Shown here: positions 63,398 to 64,000 of the stretch, in pieces
Layout: each line of letters opens with the position of its first letter
Position numbering within the stretch: the stretch's first letter is position 1
Assembly (NCBI RefSeq): GCF_964204645.1
Contig: NC_134025.1
Coordinates: forward strand, 20,621,101-20,685,100
DNA length: 64,000 nucleotides
Direction of reading: 5' to 3'
Source: Tubulanus polymorphus
Taxonomy: Eukaryota; Animalia; Nemertea
Notes under the pieces: generated by a model
Databases searched by the model: none
The model's input: only the letters and a program-made list of their open reading frames with translations
What the model was told of the DNA's origin: nothing
Made by a program: the position numbers and the translations under genes

Positions 63398-63543
63398 GCT
63401 GTCTAGCTTTTCTGCGAAAAGGGAAGCATCATAAGTCTCCCCCTGCCAGTACATAGCCTCTCCAAAGTCAAGACTCTTACAGTGCCTCCACGTGGCAGAC
63501 ATGGTAAATGGTTCCTTGCGGTTCCAGGCAAAACCTGTAAGGG
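63398..63543 (+). ncRNA. HDV-like self-cleaving ribozyme fold in a retrotransposon 5' UTR
   Basis: P2 CUCUUACAG/CUGUAAGGG, P3 GCC/GGC, L3 UCCACGU, P1 3' strand AGACAU, GGUAA, P4 hairpin, and J4/2 GCAAA. P1 is imperfect. Confidence 0.65.
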
Positions 63544-64000
63544 ATCTCGGAGCAACATGTGCCCCAGAGATGTGGTGTGCATGGCCCACCGGCGTGTGGA
63601 CACGCCCTGGCACCCATCAAACATGTTCCAGTCATGGGTCAAATGAAAAAAACCCTGGAATTACCTGGTCAGGGCTAATCCCCCGCATCCAGGCGTCAGG
63701 AAACCGAAAGGACTGTTGGTCCTGAAAAACGTCGCAAGCTGCCAACTTTCAAAGCAAGAGTTGTGTCCGCGTATAATGTTAGGACCCTCTATCAGCAAGG
63801 AAAATTACATCAGCTCTTCTTAGGCTGCTCTGATGTAGGTAACATTGACCTTATCGGAATCCAAGAGCACCGTCTTATCACAAAGGCTTCCACAGACGAA
63901 CTATGGTCAGACGATAAAAACTGGGTCTTGGTGTACAGTTCAGCCTCAGATAACAGACAGGGTGGAGTAGGAATACTGATGGCAAAATAGATGTACAAAT
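63398..64000 (+). mobile_element. 5' end of an RTE/RTEX-type non-LTR retrotransposon (AP endonuclease start, premature stop)
   Basis: 63763-63990 encodes SAYNVRTL, DLIGIQEHR and GGVGILM, APE motifs of the RTE group. TAG at 63988. Homology to the host intron ends at about 63272, so the true 5' edge may lie between 63273 and 63398. Confidence 0.82.

Overview
AT-rich animal genomic DNA with spliceosomal introns; receptor and transposon content suggest an invertebrate, probably lophotrochozoan (inference). No prokaryotic features or CRISPR. Two host genes lie tail to tail. One is a two-coding-exon oxytocin/vasopressin-type GPCR (+, 42527-44742, 545 aa). The other is a 13-exon equilibrative nucleoside transporter of the SLC29 family (-, 55849-47545, 456 aa), which I reconstructed by hand because the ORF track mostly misses it. 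From about 59590 a tandem duplicate carries a dead piece of GPCR exon 2 and the intact last three exons of a second ENT. The rest is non-coding DNA with 5'-truncated L2/Crack LINEs, MITEs, two foldback transposons, Helentron/HINE-like elements and microsatellites. The most notable signals: (i) an HDV-like ribozyme fold at the 5' end of an RTE-type retrotransposon; (ii) about eight Penelope-type minimal hammerhead motifs, four of them in two head-to-head palindromic pairs; (iii) unusual substitutions at ligand/substrate-pocket positions in both the receptor and the transporter.
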